A stretch of 40,285 nucleotides of DNA. Source: Candidatus Sysuimicrobiota bacterium (GTDB taxonomy: Bacteria > Sysuimicrobiota > Sysuimicrobiia > Sysuimicrobiales > Sysuimicrobiaceae). The stretch is from assembly GCA_040289515.1 (NCBI GenBank), contig PSLI01000017.1, forward strand, positions 1 through 40,285, read 5' to 3'. A model generated the notes under the pieces. The model had not been told where the DNA came from, searched no databases, and saw nothing but the letters and a program-made list of their open reading frames with translations. Below are positions 31,111-40,268 of the stretch, piece after piece. Each line of letters begins with the position of its first letter. Position 1 is the stretch's first letter. The position numbers were made by a program, and so were the translations under genes.

Positions 31111-31680
31111 TCAGCCCGCGGAGCTCTTGAAGACGGGCAGGATCCCCACGTGGTGCACGTCCGGCCACTCCTGCCCCTCCAGCAGCAGGGCCGCCTTGGC
31201 CACCACCCGGCCGCCTGCGCGCTGCACCAGCTGGGCCATGGCCTGCAGGGTTTCGCCGGTGCTCACGATGTCGTCCACCAGGCCCACCGCGCGGCCGCGC
31301 AACTTCAGAGCGTCCCGGCCGTCCAAGAAAAGCTCCTGCTCCGCCTTGGCGGTGATGGGCTTGTAGCGCACCGACAGGGGGCTGAGCATGAAAGGCCGGA
31401 TCTCCTTCCGGCACACCACGTAGGGCCGCAGTCCCAGGTAGGTGGCGATGGCGTGGGCCAGGGGGATCCCCTTGGTCTCCGTGGTGACGAACAGCTCGCA
31501 GTGCGCAAGACGCTCGCTGAGTACCTGGGCGGCGCGGTCGATGACCTCCGTGTCGCCCAGGCTGTAGTAGTACGCGATCCACGTGTCCGCCGCCACCTGG
31601 ATCAGGGGCAGGATGCGCCGCGCCCCCGCGATCTCCAGCTCGTAGGTCACCTGCCCGTTGAAGGGCAACACGTACGCCAT
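31111..31680 (-). CDS. Purine phosphoribosyltransferase (type I PRTase, adenine PRT-like)
   Basis: ETKGIPLAH, CRKE, PRPP loop LVDDIVSTGET. Start could be 31701. Confidence 0.85.
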   Translation of the reverse strand: MAYVLPFNGQVTYELEIAGARRILPLIQVAADTWIAYYYSLGDTEVIDRAAQVLSERLAHCELFVTTETKGIPLAHAIATYLGLRPYVVCRKEIRPFMLSPLSVRYKPITAKAEQELFLDGRDALKLRGRAVGLVDDIVSTGETLQAMAQLVQRAGGRVVAKAALLLEGQEWPDVHHVGILPVFKSSAG

Positions 31681-31724
31681 GACTCTGTGGACACCCACCA
31701 ACCGTGCATCTTACCGCACAGCTC

Positions 31725-33248
31725 CTAGTGGCGGAAGTGGCGAACCCCCGTGAGGACCATGGCGCAGCCGGCCCGCTCCGCGGCCGCCACCACCTCCGCA
31801 TCCCGCACGGAGCCCCCGGGCTGCGCGAAGGCCACCACCCCGGCCCGCGCCGCCTCCGCCACCCCGTCGGGGAACGGGAAGAAGGCGTCTGAGGCCAGCA
31901 CCGCCCCCCGTGCCCGCTCCCCAGCCTTCTGGACCGCTACCCGCACGCTGTCCACGCGGCTCATCTGCCCGGCACCCACCCCCACCACCTCCGTACCCCG
32001 CGCCAGCACGATGGCGTTCGACTTGGTATGCTTGCACACCGTCCACGCGAACTCCAAGCTCCGCCACTCCTCCACCGTGGGCTGCCGGGTGGTCACCACC
32101 CGCAGCTGCGCGGGGTTCCAGCCCAGTCGATCTGGCTCCTGGACCAGCACCCCGCCGAAGACGGTCCTCAGCTCCATCTCTTCCTCGGTCCGGTTTAAGC
32201 TCAGCAGCCGTAGGTTGCGCTTGCTGCGGAGGACTTCCAGGGCTTCGGACTCGAAACCCGGCGCTACGACCACTTCCAGGAACACCTCCCGCAGGGCCTC
32301 GGCGGACGCGCGGTCCACCACCCGGTTACAGGCCACGATTCCCCCGAAGGCGGACGTGGGGTCCGCCCGCAGGGCTGCCACCACCGCCTCCACCAAGGTG
32401 ACAGCCACCGCGCACCCGCAGGGATTGGTGTGCTTGACCACCACCGCGGCGGGCTGTACGAACTCGCAGGCGAGGCTCCAGGCGGCGTGAGCGTCCAGCA
32501 GGTTGTTGTACGACAGCTCCTTGCCCCCCAGGGGGTCGGTGGTCGCTAGGCTGTCGGGACTTGCGAGGGGATCCGCGTACACCGAGGCGCGCTGGTGGGG
32601 GTTCTCCCCGTATCGCAGGTCCCGCACCTTCCGCCACGCGCGCACCAGCCGGTCCGAAAAGGGTGGAAGGCCCGCCCGCAAGCCCAGCACCCGTGCCACC
32701 AGCGCGTCGTAGTACGCAGTGTGCAGGAAGGCCTGCGCCGCCCACCGCCGCCGAACCGGCTCGGGTACCTCCCCGTGCTCCCGGAGGAGTTGCAGGGCCT
32801 CCGGGTACTGCGCGGGGTCCGTGAGCACCGCCACCCGAGAGGCGTTCTTGGCCGCGGCCCGGATGAGGGTCACCCCGCCGATGTCCACGTGCTCGGCCAG
32901 CTCCTCCCAGTCCGCACCGGAGCGCGCGGCCTCCTCGAACCGGTACAGGTTGCAGGCCACCAGGTCCACGGGCTCGATGCCGAAACGCGCCAGCTCCTCC
33001 AAATCCTCCCGCCGCGCGCGAGCCAACACAGCCGCGTGCACCGCCGGGTGCAGGGTCTTCACGCGGCCGCCCAACAGCTCCGGGAAGCCGGTGAGCTCCT
33101 GCACGGGGACCACGGGCAGCCCTGCTTCCTGCAGCACGCGGGCGGTCCCGCCCGTGGACACCAGCTCCCAGCCCAACGGACGCAGCCCCGCTGCCAGCTC
33201 CACGATCCCGGTCTTGTCCGTCACGCTGAGGATGGCCCTGCGCGCCAC
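31725..33248 (-). CDS. purH: Bifunctional AICAR transformylase/IMP cyclohydrolase
   Basis: ILSVTDKTG, STGGT, GRVKTLHP, DIGG, LRYGENPHQ, SYNN, KHTNPCG, SDAFFPFPD, RHFRH. Confidence 0.97.
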   Translation of the reverse strand: MARRAILSVTDKTGIVELAAGLRPLGWELVSTGGTARVLQEAGLPVVPVQELTGFPELLGGRVKTLHPAVHAAVLARARREDLEELARFGIEPVDLVACNLYRFEEAARSGADWEELAEHVDIGGVTLIRAAAKNASRVAVLTDPAQYPEALQLLREHGEVPEPVRRRWAAQAFLHTAYYDALVARVLGLRAGLPPFSDRLVRAWRKVRDLRYGENPHQRASVYADPLASPDSLATTDPLGGKELSYNNLLDAHAAWSLACEFVQPAAVVVKHTNPCGCAVAVTLVEAVVAALRADPTSAFGGIVACNRVVDRASAEALREVFLEVVVAPGFESEALEVLRSKRNLRLLSLNRTEEEMELRTVFGGVLVQEPDRLGWNPAQLRVVTTRQPTVEEWRSLEFAWTVCKHTKSNAIVLARGTEVVGVGAGQMSRVDSVRVAVQKAGERARGAVLASDAFFPFPDGVAEAARAGVVAFAQPGGSVRDAEVVAAAERAGCAMVLTGVRHFRH

Positions 33249-33266
33249 GGTTACCTCCCCGCTCAA

Positions 33267-33977
33267 TCAACCCCAAAAAGTTTTTGCAGCTTTTGGCGGA
33301 GCCCCTATAAAATCGCCCCGATTTAAACCGGGGTCCCCAAGAAAATCGCCAGATTTCCTTGGGGTGGTGAGGAGCTGTTCGAACCGCACCTGCCCGGTCA
33401 CCACCCGCCAGATGGCCTCCGGGTACAGCCGGTGCTCCTGCTCCGCCACCCGGGCTGCCAGCGTCTCCACCGTGTCGCGTGGCAGCACGGGCACACGCGC
33501 CTGGGCTACCACGGGCCCGGCGTCCACCTCTGCGGTCACGAAGTGCACGGTGCACCCGCTCTCCGTGGCCCCGGAGGCCAGCACCGCGCGGTGCACCCGT
33601 TCCCCGTACATCCCCCTGCCCCCGAAGGCGGGAAGCAGCGAGGGGTGGATGTTCAGGATGCGGCCCCGGTAGCGTTGCACGAACTGCGGATCCAAAATCC
33701 GCAGGAACCCCGCCAGGCACACCCACTCCACCTCGTGGGCTTCCAGCACCCGCGCCACGCGGCATCCGGCTTCCGCCGGGTCTTTGCCCCAGGGCACCAC
33801 GTACGCGGGCACCCCCGCCCGGCGGGCCCGTTCCAAGGCGTAGGCCTGGGGCCGGTCAGAGACCACGACCACCACTTCCGCGGGGTAGTCGGGGTCCTGA
33901 GTGGCGTCCAGGATGGCCTGCAGGTTGGTGCCCTGTCCGGACACGAGCACCCCAAGCCGAGCGCGGCGCCCGCTCAC
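33267..33977 (-). CDS. purN: Phosphoribosylglycinamide formyltransferase with a 32-aa element-derived C-terminal tail
   Basis: VSGQGTNLQA, LAGFLRIL, NIHPSLLP, GCTVHFV, DAGP, EH.LYP. Confidence 0.95.
   Translation of the reverse strand: MSGRRARLGVLVSGQGTNLQAILDATQDPDYPAEVVVVVSDRPQAYALERARRAGVPAYVVPWGKDPAEAGCRVARVLEAHEVEWVCLAGFLRILDPQFVQRYRGRILNIHPSLLPAFGGRGMYGERVHRAVLASGATESGCTVHFVTAEVDAGPVVAQARVPVLPRDTVETLAARVAEQEHRLYPEAIWRVVTGQVRFEQLLTTPRKSGDFLGDPGLNRGDFIGAPPKAAKTFWG
33270..33365. repeat. 96-bp AT-rich multi-hairpin palindromic element
   Basis: Bounded by inverted ACCCCAA/TTGGGGT. Contains modules CCCCTATAAAATCGCCCCGATTTAAACCGGGG and CCCCAAGAAAATCGCCAGATTTCCTTGGGG. Confidence 0.7.
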
Positions 33978-35017
33978 AGGCAACCCTGTACCACCACCCG
34001 TACGTCCCGCACTCCGGATGTCACCTCGCCGATCCTGTACACCCGTTCACCGCACGCCCGCAGGATCACTTCCGCCCGGGAAGCGGCATCCGGCCGCGTG
34101 ACCACCACCAGGCCCACGCCCATGTTGAACACCCGGAACATCTCCGCCTCCTCCACCGGGCCCCACCGGGCAACCAGGCGGAAGACGGCCGGGACCTCCC
34201 AGGTGACCCGTACTTCCGCCCCACACCCTTCGGGCAGCACCCGCACCAGGTTCCCCGGGATCCCGCCGCCCGTGACGTGCGCCATGGCGGTGACCTCCGG
34301 GCCGAGCTCTCGCACCAGCCTCAGCAGGCTGGGTGCGTAGCACCGGTGGGGTCGCAGCAGCGCCTCCGCGCGGGTGCACCCCAGGTCCGGCTCGTACCGG
34401 TCCAGGTCTTCGGGCTTTTGCACCAGCAGGGCCCGTGCGAGGCTATAGCCGTTGGTGTGCAGGCCGTCGGAAGCGAGCCCCAGCAGTACGTCGCCGGGGC
34501 TGACCCGCTGGCCATCCACCAGAGCCTCCCGTTCCACCAGGCCCACCGCGCAGCCCACCACGTCCCACGCACCCTCCGCGTACACCCCAGGCATCTCCGC
34601 GGTCTCCCCGCCCACCAGGGCCACCCCGTAGCGGCGGCAGGCGTCCGCGACTCCCTCGAGTACGGCCTGGAGGGCCTCCGGATGCAGACGGCTGGAGGCC
34701 ACGTAGTCCAAGAACACCAGCGGTGTTGCGCCGTGTACAGCCACGTCGTTGAGCCCGTGCGCCACCGCGTCGTGCCCCAGAATTCGGAAGTCCTGCGCAC
34801 GGCGGGCCAAAAGCGTTTTGGTCCCCACCCCGTCCACGGAAGCCACGAGCACCAGGTCGGGTACGGGGGCTAAGCGGACCATGCCCGCGAACAGGCCCGG
34901 TCCTGCCACTACCTCCGGCGTGTGGGTGGAGCGGATGCGGGTGCTCAGGCGGTGCAGAACCAACTCCGGCGTAGCCGGGTCCACGCCCGCGTCCCGGTAG
35001 GTAAGGGTACGGTTCAG
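33974..35017 (-). CDS. purM: AIR synthetase (phosphoribosylformylglycinamidine cyclo-ligase)
   Basis: TYRDAGVD, DGVGTK, FLDY, GGETAEMPG, GLHTNGYSL, HVTGGG, FNMGVG. Probable CTG start. Confidence 0.95.
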   Translation of the reverse strand: MNRTLTYRDAGVDPATPELVLHRLSTRIRSTHTPEVVAGPGLFAGMVRLAPVPDLVLVASVDGVGTKTLLARRAQDFRILGHDAVAHGLNDVAVHGATPLVFLDYVASSRLHPEALQAVLEGVADACRRYGVALVGGETAEMPGVYAEGAWDVVGCAVGLVEREALVDGQRVSPGDVLLGLASDGLHTNGYSLARALLVQKPEDLDRYEPDLGCTRAEALLRPHRCYAPSLLRLVRELGPEVTAMAHVTGGGIPGNLVRVLPEGCGAEVRVTWEVPAVFRLVARWGPVEEAEMFRVFNMGVGLVVVTRPDAASRAEVILRACGERVYRIGEVTSGVRDVRVVVQGCL

Positions 35018-36429
35018 CGCACCACCTCCAGCGCCGCCCGACCGGCGAGCTCCTCGCGAGGGTGGCCGGTGGGGTACTGCCCGTCCAGGCAGGCCATGCA
35101 CAGCTCCTCCCGGGCCAGCCCGATGGCCTCCACCAGCCCCTCGTGGCTTAGGTAGCCCAAAGAGTCCGCGCCGATCCGCTGCCGGATCTGCTCCACATCC
35201 AGCTCCGCGGCCACCAGCTGACGGCGGCTGCTGGTGTCCACACCGTAAAAGCACGGCCAGCGAATGGGCGGGGAGGAGATGCGTACGTGCACCTCCCGCG
35301 CCTCGGCCTCCCGCAGCACCTGCACGATCTTGCCGCTGGTGGTACCCCGCACGATGCTGTCGTCCACCAGCACCACACGTCGGCCCGCCACCAGCTCCCG
35401 CACGGGGTTCAGCTTCACCCGCACCCCCAGGTCTCGGCGCTGCGGGTCGGGCTCGATGAAGGTGCGGCCCACGTACCGGTTCTTCACCAGCGCCAGCTCG
35501 AAGGGCAGCCCGCTGTGTTCTGCGAACCCCAGAGCCGCGGAGGTCCCGGAGTCCGGCACGGGCACCACCAGGTCCGCGTCCGCGGGGTGCTCCCGGGCCA
35601 GCACCCCGCCCATGGCCCGCCGCACCCGGTGTACGTTGCGGCCGCACAGGGTCGTATCGGGCCGCGCGAAGTAGATGTACTCGAACACGCAGTGGGCTCG
35701 CCTCGAAGAAGGCCGTACGACCTCCGCGTGCAGCCGGCCGTCCCGCACGGCGATCAACTCCCCGGGCCGCACGTCCCGCACGAACTTTGCCCCCACCTGG
35801 TCGAAGGCGCACGTCTCCGAGGCCACCACCCAACCGTCCTCCATCCGTCCCAGCACCAGGGGCCGGATGGCAAAGGGGTCCCGGAAGGCAAAAAGCGCCC
35901 CTGCCACCACGCACACCACCGTGTACGCACCCTCCAACCGCTCCATGGCGGCCCGGACAGCACCCTCCGGCGTCCGCCGGGCGCTGGTGGCCAGGCACCA
36001 CGCTAGCACCTCCGTGTCGGAGGACCCCCGGAAGCGCACGCCGCGCCGCCCAAGGTCCTCCCGCAGCTGGGGGGCGTTCGTGAGGTTTCCGTTGTGTGCC
36101 ACCGCCAGGGTGCCCCACGGGGAAGGGACCGCCACCGGCTGTGCGTTCTCCAGCACCGCGCTCCCCATGGTGGAGTAACGCACGTGCCCGATCCCCACGC
36201 TGCCCGGCAGCGCCCCAAGGCGCTGGTCGAACACGCGGCTTACAAGCCCCATGCCCTTGTGGAGGTGCAGGCCGGCCTCGCTCCACGTGGCAATCCCCGC
36301 GCTCTCCTGCCCCCGGTGCTGCAGGCTCAGCAGCCCTAAATACACCAAGGGAGCCACGGTGCGTCCGGGCCAGTTGATGCCGAACACCCCGCACTCCTCC
36401 CGGGGTCCGTCGCGCCACGGGTCCCTCAT
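35014..36429 (-). CDS. purF: Amidophosphoribosyltransferase (propeptide and Fe-S type)
   Basis: EE|CGVFG, QHRGQESAG, GHVRYST, HNGN, CVFEYIYFARPD, VDDSIVRGTT, PCFYG, LCMAC. Confidence 0.97.
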   Translation of the reverse strand: MRDPWRDGPREECGVFGINWPGRTVAPLVYLGLLSLQHRGQESAGIATWSEAGLHLHKGMGLVSRVFDQRLGALPGSVGIGHVRYSTMGSAVLENAQPVAVPSPWGTLAVAHNGNLTNAPQLREDLGRRGVRFRGSSDTEVLAWCLATSARRTPEGAVRAAMERLEGAYTVVCVVAGALFAFRDPFAIRPLVLGRMEDGWVVASETCAFDQVGAKFVRDVRPGELIAVRDGRLHAEVVRPSSRRAHCVFEYIYFARPDTTLCGRNVHRVRRAMGGVLAREHPADADLVVPVPDSGTSAALGFAEHSGLPFELALVKNRYVGRTFIEPDPQRRDLGVRVKLNPVRELVAGRRVVLVDDSIVRGTTSGKIVQVLREAEAREVHVRISSPPIRWPCFYGVDTSSRRQLVAAELDVEQIRQRIGADSLGYLSHEGLVEAIGLAREELCMACLDGQYPTGHPREELAGRAALEVVR

Positions 36430-38627
36430 CTGTACGCCTCCTGTGCCGCGCGCAGCTGCTCCACCGAGACCGCTAGCTCTCCGTCTGCCAGGCGCACGCG
36501 CAGCTCGCCTTCCCCCACGGTTCCCAGCAGGCGGATCGGGACCCCCTCCCGCACGCACAGCTCGGCGAACGCCTCGTAGCGTTCCGGGGGAACCGACACC
36601 ACCACCCGGGACGGCCCTTCGCCGAACAGCGCCACGTCCGCCCTACCTCCGAACAACTGCGGGCTGAGCGTGCACCGGGCGCCGAGCCGGCCGGCTACGC
36701 ACGCCTCCGCCAGCGCCACCCCCAGCCCCCCCTCGCTGAGGTCATGAGCGGAACGCAGCAGGCCCGCCTGTGCGGCACGGACCAGGACGTTCACCAGCCG
36801 GCGGTGCAGCTGCAGGTCCGGCCGTGCGGGCGCGCCGGCCACCCGGCCGTGCACGACCCGCAGGTACTCGCTGCCCCCCAGGGACACCCGATCCCCACCC
36901 ACCAGCGCCACCAGGTCCCCGCTCTCGCAGAAACCGGTGGGCAACACCTGGGAGACGTCCTCCAGTACACCCACGCACACCACCACCGGGGTGGGGTACA
37001 CCGCGCCCAGCTCCGATTCGTTGTACAGGCTCACGTTGCCGCCCACCACGGGTACGCCGAGGGCCGCGCAGGCATCCGCGATTCCGTCCACCACCCCTGC
37101 CAGCTCCCACGCCACCTCCGGCCGCTCCGGGTTGCCCAGGTTCAGCCCGTCCGTGATGGCCACCGGGCGCGCCCCCACGCACGCCACGTTCAAGGTGGCC
37201 TCGCACACCGCAGCCGCCCCCCCCGCCCACGGGTCCAGGTAGCTCAGCCGGCCGTTGCCGTCCGCGCTGAGGGCCAGCCCGCGGGGCGGAGCTTCCAAAA
37301 GACGCAGCACCGCGGCGTCCGAGCCGGGCCCGACCACCGTGCGCAGCTGCACCATGTGGTCGTACTGGCTGTACACGGGCCGCTTGGTGACCACCGACGG
37401 GGACCGCAGAAGCGCAAGCAGCGCCTCCTTCAGGTCCGGCTGCGGCAGGCCTTCCAGGCTCACCTCCCGCAGGGCTCGCCGTGCGGGCGGCTCCTGTTCG
37501 GGCACCCGGTACGTGGGGGCGTCCGTGAGGGCACAGGGAGACAGCTCCACCACCAGCTCCCGGCCGTCGTACACCTGCAGAAGCGGCTCTGCGGTCACCT
37601 CCCCCAGGATCTCCGCCCGCAGGCCCCACCGCCGGTACGCCCGCAGCACCTCTTCTTCCCGGCCCCGCTGGACCACCAGCAGCATGCGCTCCTGAGACTC
37701 CGAAAGCAGCACCTCCACGGGGGTCATCCCACGTTCCCGCCTCGGCACCCGGTCCAGGTGCAGCACCATCCCCACCCCGCCCCGCGCGCTCATCTCCGCC
37801 GCGGCACAGGTCAGCCCGGCGGCCCCCATGTCCTGCAGGGCCACCACCGCGCCGGACTGCAAAGCCTCCAGAGTTGCCTCGATGAGGAGCTTGCCCGCCA
37901 GGGGGTCGCCCATCTGTACCGCGCCGCGGTCCGCCTCCGCAGCGTCCTCTGCCAGCTCTTCTGAGGCGAAGCGGGCGCCGCCGATGCCGTCCCTGCCCGT
38001 CCGGGTTCCTGCGTAGACCACCGAGTTACCGGGGCCAGTGGCCCTGGAGCTAGCCACCCGGGAGGAGGATACCAGGCCCACGCACGCCACGTTCACCAGA
38101 GGGTTCGCGCGATAGCAGTCCTCGTAGAGGATCTCGCCGCCCACCACGGGCACGCCCACGCAGTTGCCGTAGTGGCTGATGCCTGCCACCACGCCGTCCC
38201 GCAGACGCCGGGCGTGCCGGTCGTCGGGTGGACCGAACCGCAGGCTGTCCAGCAGGGCCAGGGGCCGGGCGCCCATACTGAGCACGTCGCGCAGGATCCC
38301 GCCCACCCCCGTGGCCGCCCCATGGAAGGGGTCCACCGCGCTGGGATGGTTGTGGCTCTCCACCTTCAGCGCCACCGCCAGGCCTGGGCTCACCTCCACC
38401 ACACCCGCGTTCTCGCCCGGGCCCCGGAGCACCCCCGACCCGGTGGTGGGCAGGCGCTTCAGGTACGGCCGGGAGTGCTTGTAAGCGCAGTGCTCGCTCC
38501 ACATGACCCCAAACATGCGCAGCTCTACGGCGTTGGGCTCGCGGCCCAGCAGCGCGCACACCCGCTCGTACTCCTCGCGCCGCAGCCCTGCCGCCTGCCA
38601 ACCGGGGATCCGCGTGGCCGCCCTCAT
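36426..38627 (-). CDS. purL: FGAM synthase large subunit (small PurL)
   Basis: MWSEHCAYK, GENAG, ESHNHPS, QDMGAAGL, LSESQERM, GGNVSLYN, HDLSEGGL. Confidence 0.97.
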   Translation of the reverse strand: MRAATRIPGWQAAGLRREEYERVCALLGREPNAVELRMFGVMWSEHCAYKHSRPYLKRLPTTGSGVLRGPGENAGVVEVSPGLAVALKVESHNHPSAVDPFHGAATGVGGILRDVLSMGARPLALLDSLRFGPPDDRHARRLRDGVVAGISHYGNCVGVPVVGGEILYEDCYRANPLVNVACVGLVSSSRVASSRATGPGNSVVYAGTRTGRDGIGGARFASEELAEDAAEADRGAVQMGDPLAGKLLIEATLEALQSGAVVALQDMGAAGLTCAAAEMSARGGVGMVLHLDRVPRRERGMTPVEVLLSESQERMLLVVQRGREEEVLRAYRRWGLRAEILGEVTAEPLLQVYDGRELVVELSPCALTDAPTYRVPEQEPPARRALREVSLEGLPQPDLKEALLALLRSPSVVTKRPVYSQYDHMVQLRTVVGPGSDAAVLRLLEAPPRGLALSADGNGRLSYLDPWAGGAAAVCEATLNVACVGARPVAITDGLNLGNPERPEVAWELAGVVDGIADACAALGVPVVGGNVSLYNESELGAVYPTPVVVCVGVLEDVSQVLPTGFCESGDLVALVGGDRVSLGGSEYLRVVHGRVAGAPARPDLQLHRRLVNVLVRAAQAGLLRSAHDLSEGGLGVALAEACVAGRLGARCTLSPQLFGGRADVALFGEGPSRVVVSVPPERYEAFAELCVREGVPIRLLGTVGEGELRVRLADGELAVSVEQLRAAQEAYR

Positions 38628-39340
38628 GGCACCCTCCCCGCGGCATGCGCCGCCCACCGGTGCACGCTCTCGAAGAGCCGACGGCCGTCCGTTCCGCCCA
38701 GCACCTCCTCCGCGCACCGCTCGGGGTGGGGCATCAGCCCCAGGACGTTGCCCGCGCGGTTCACCACGCCCGCGATGTGGTGCACGGACCCGTTGGGGTT
38801 GCCCTCCGCGGTGGTACGGCCCCGGTTGTCCACGTACCGGAACACCACCTGCCGGCAGCGTTCCAGTTCCTCCGCCACCTCTTCCGGGGCGTGGTAGCGG
38901 CCGTCCCCGTGGGCGATGGGCATGCGCACCACCTCCCCCGGCTCGTACAGGGCGGTGAAAGGGGTGTCGGACCGCTCGACCCGCAGGCTTACCCACTCGC
39001 ACCGGAAGGTCGCGCCCCGGTTGCGCAGCAGAGCTCCGGGCAGGAGCCCTGCTTCCGTCAGGACCTGGAACCCGTTGCAGATCCCCAGCACCAGGCCCCC
39101 GGCCGCCGCGAAATGCTTCACCGCCCTCACCACGGGGCTGGTGGCCGCCACCGCACCGGGCCTCAGGTAATCCCCGTAAGAGAAGCCTCCGGGCAAAACC
39201 ACCACGTCGAAGCCGGACAGGTCCTCCGACTCGTGCCACACGAACTCCGCGGGGCAGCCCAGCACCTCGTGCAGCACATGCAGGCAGTCCCGATCGCAGT
39301 TGGACCCCGGGAACACCACCACGCCGAAGCGCGCGCTCAC
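38624..39340 (-). CDS. purQ: FGAM synthase glutaminase subunit
   Basis: FPGSNCDRD, GGFSYGDYLR, GICNGFQ, AHGDG, NPNGS, MPHPER. Confidence 0.97.
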   Translation of the reverse strand: MSARFGVVVFPGSNCDRDCLHVLHEVLGCPAEFVWHESEDLSGFDVVVLPGGFSYGDYLRPGAVAATSPVVRAVKHFAAAGGLVLGICNGFQVLTEAGLLPGALLRNRGATFRCEWVSLRVERSDTPFTALYEPGEVVRMPIAHGDGRYHAPEEVAEELERCRQVVFRYVDNRGRTTAEGNPNGSVHHIAGVVNRAGNVLGLMPHPERCAEEVLGGTDGRRLFESVHRWAAHAAGRVP

Positions 39341-39588
39341 CGTCCCGGTACCTCCTCCCGTTCGTGCACCTCGTACTGCTCGATCAGGGGGTTCGTGAGG
39401 AAACGCTCGCACAGCTCTCGCACCCGCTGCCGCCAGCCGTCCGCGGGGACCGAAAGCTCGAAAGCCTTCCCCACCCGCACCTCCTCCGCCTCGAAGCCCA
39501 AGGCCCGCAGCCCCGTCTGAACCGCCTGGCCCTGCGCGTCCAGCACCCCCGGCTTCAGGAACACCACCACCCGCACGCGCTTGTTCAC
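39337..39588 (-). CDS. purS: FGAM synthase PurS subunit
   Basis: LKPGVLDAQG, VRVGK, LTNPLIEQY. Start is GTG 39588 (alternatives ATG 39594 or 39609). Confidence 0.93.
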   Translation of the reverse strand: MNKRVRVVVFLKPGVLDAQGQAVQTGLRALGFEAEEVRVGKAFELSVPADGWRQRVRELCERFLTNPLIEQYEVHEREEVPGR

Positions 39589-39617
39589 CTCCATAACCTC
39601 CGCCTCCATAACCTCCG
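39588..39617 (+). repeat. 15-bp tandem duplication CCTCCATAACCTCCG x2
   Basis: Exact copies at 39588-39602 and 39603-39617. Confidence 0.9.
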
Positions 39618-40268
39618 CCCGGAAGCCCCGCCTTTCGGCGTGGGGAGGAAGGGCGGCCCGATTCCTCGTCTAATTGGGCGATGCGTGCTGTAATTCGAAA
39701 CATGAATCTGACGCTGATGGTAAAGCTCCAGCCGACCGCTGAGCAATCCACCGCTCTCCTGGAGACCATGGAGCGATTCAACGCGGCTTGCAACGCCATC
39801 GCCGAAGTTGCATTCAAAGAGAGGACGGCAAACAAGATCCGGCTCCAGAAGCTCGTCTATTACGACATCCCAGAGCGGTTCGGCTTGCCCGCCCAAATGG
39901 TTCTCCGCGCCATCAGCAAGGTCGCCGAAGCCTACAAACAGGACAAGTCCAAGAAGCCATCCTTCCATCTGCATGGGGCCATCGTCTACGACCAGCGGGT
40001 GCTCTCCTGGAAAGGCATTGATCGCGTGTCCACTCTGACGCCGCGGGGGCGGCAACTCATCCCGGTCCTGTTCGGTGGATACCAAGCCGCCCGCCTGAAG
40101 CGCATCCGTGGAGCGGCTGACCTCGTCTACCGGAACAGGGCCTTCGATCTCGCCGTGGTGGTAGACGTGCCCGAACCGCCTTCTGGAAACCCCGAAGATT
40201 GGCTCGGCGGTGACCTCGGGATCGTCAACATCGCCACCGATTCGGAGGGGATAATCCGTGATATCTGA
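39589..40268 (+). mobile_element. IS200/IS605-family (tnpB-only) element: left end and truncated tnpB
   Basis: Subterminal hairpin GAAG-CCCCGCCTTTCGGCGTGGGG (39622-39645) flanked by CCGCCC/GGGCGG, followed by tnpB; AT-richer than its neighbours. Confidence 0.8.
39702..40268 (+). pseudogene. tnpB: TnpB (IS605 OrfB) truncated just after RuvC-I
   Basis: MNLTLMVKLQPT..Q...L.ETM.RFN.ACN, GAIVYDQR, WLGGDLGIVNIATDSEG, then a stop at 188 aa. TGcTGTAAT -10-like motif just upstream of the ATG (possibly leaderless). Confidence 0.85.

Noticed and set aside
39588..39660. CRISPR array next to a Cas12f-like gene
   Set aside because: Only a spacerless 15-bp tandem duplication and an IS605 hairpin are present; the gene is a TnpB.
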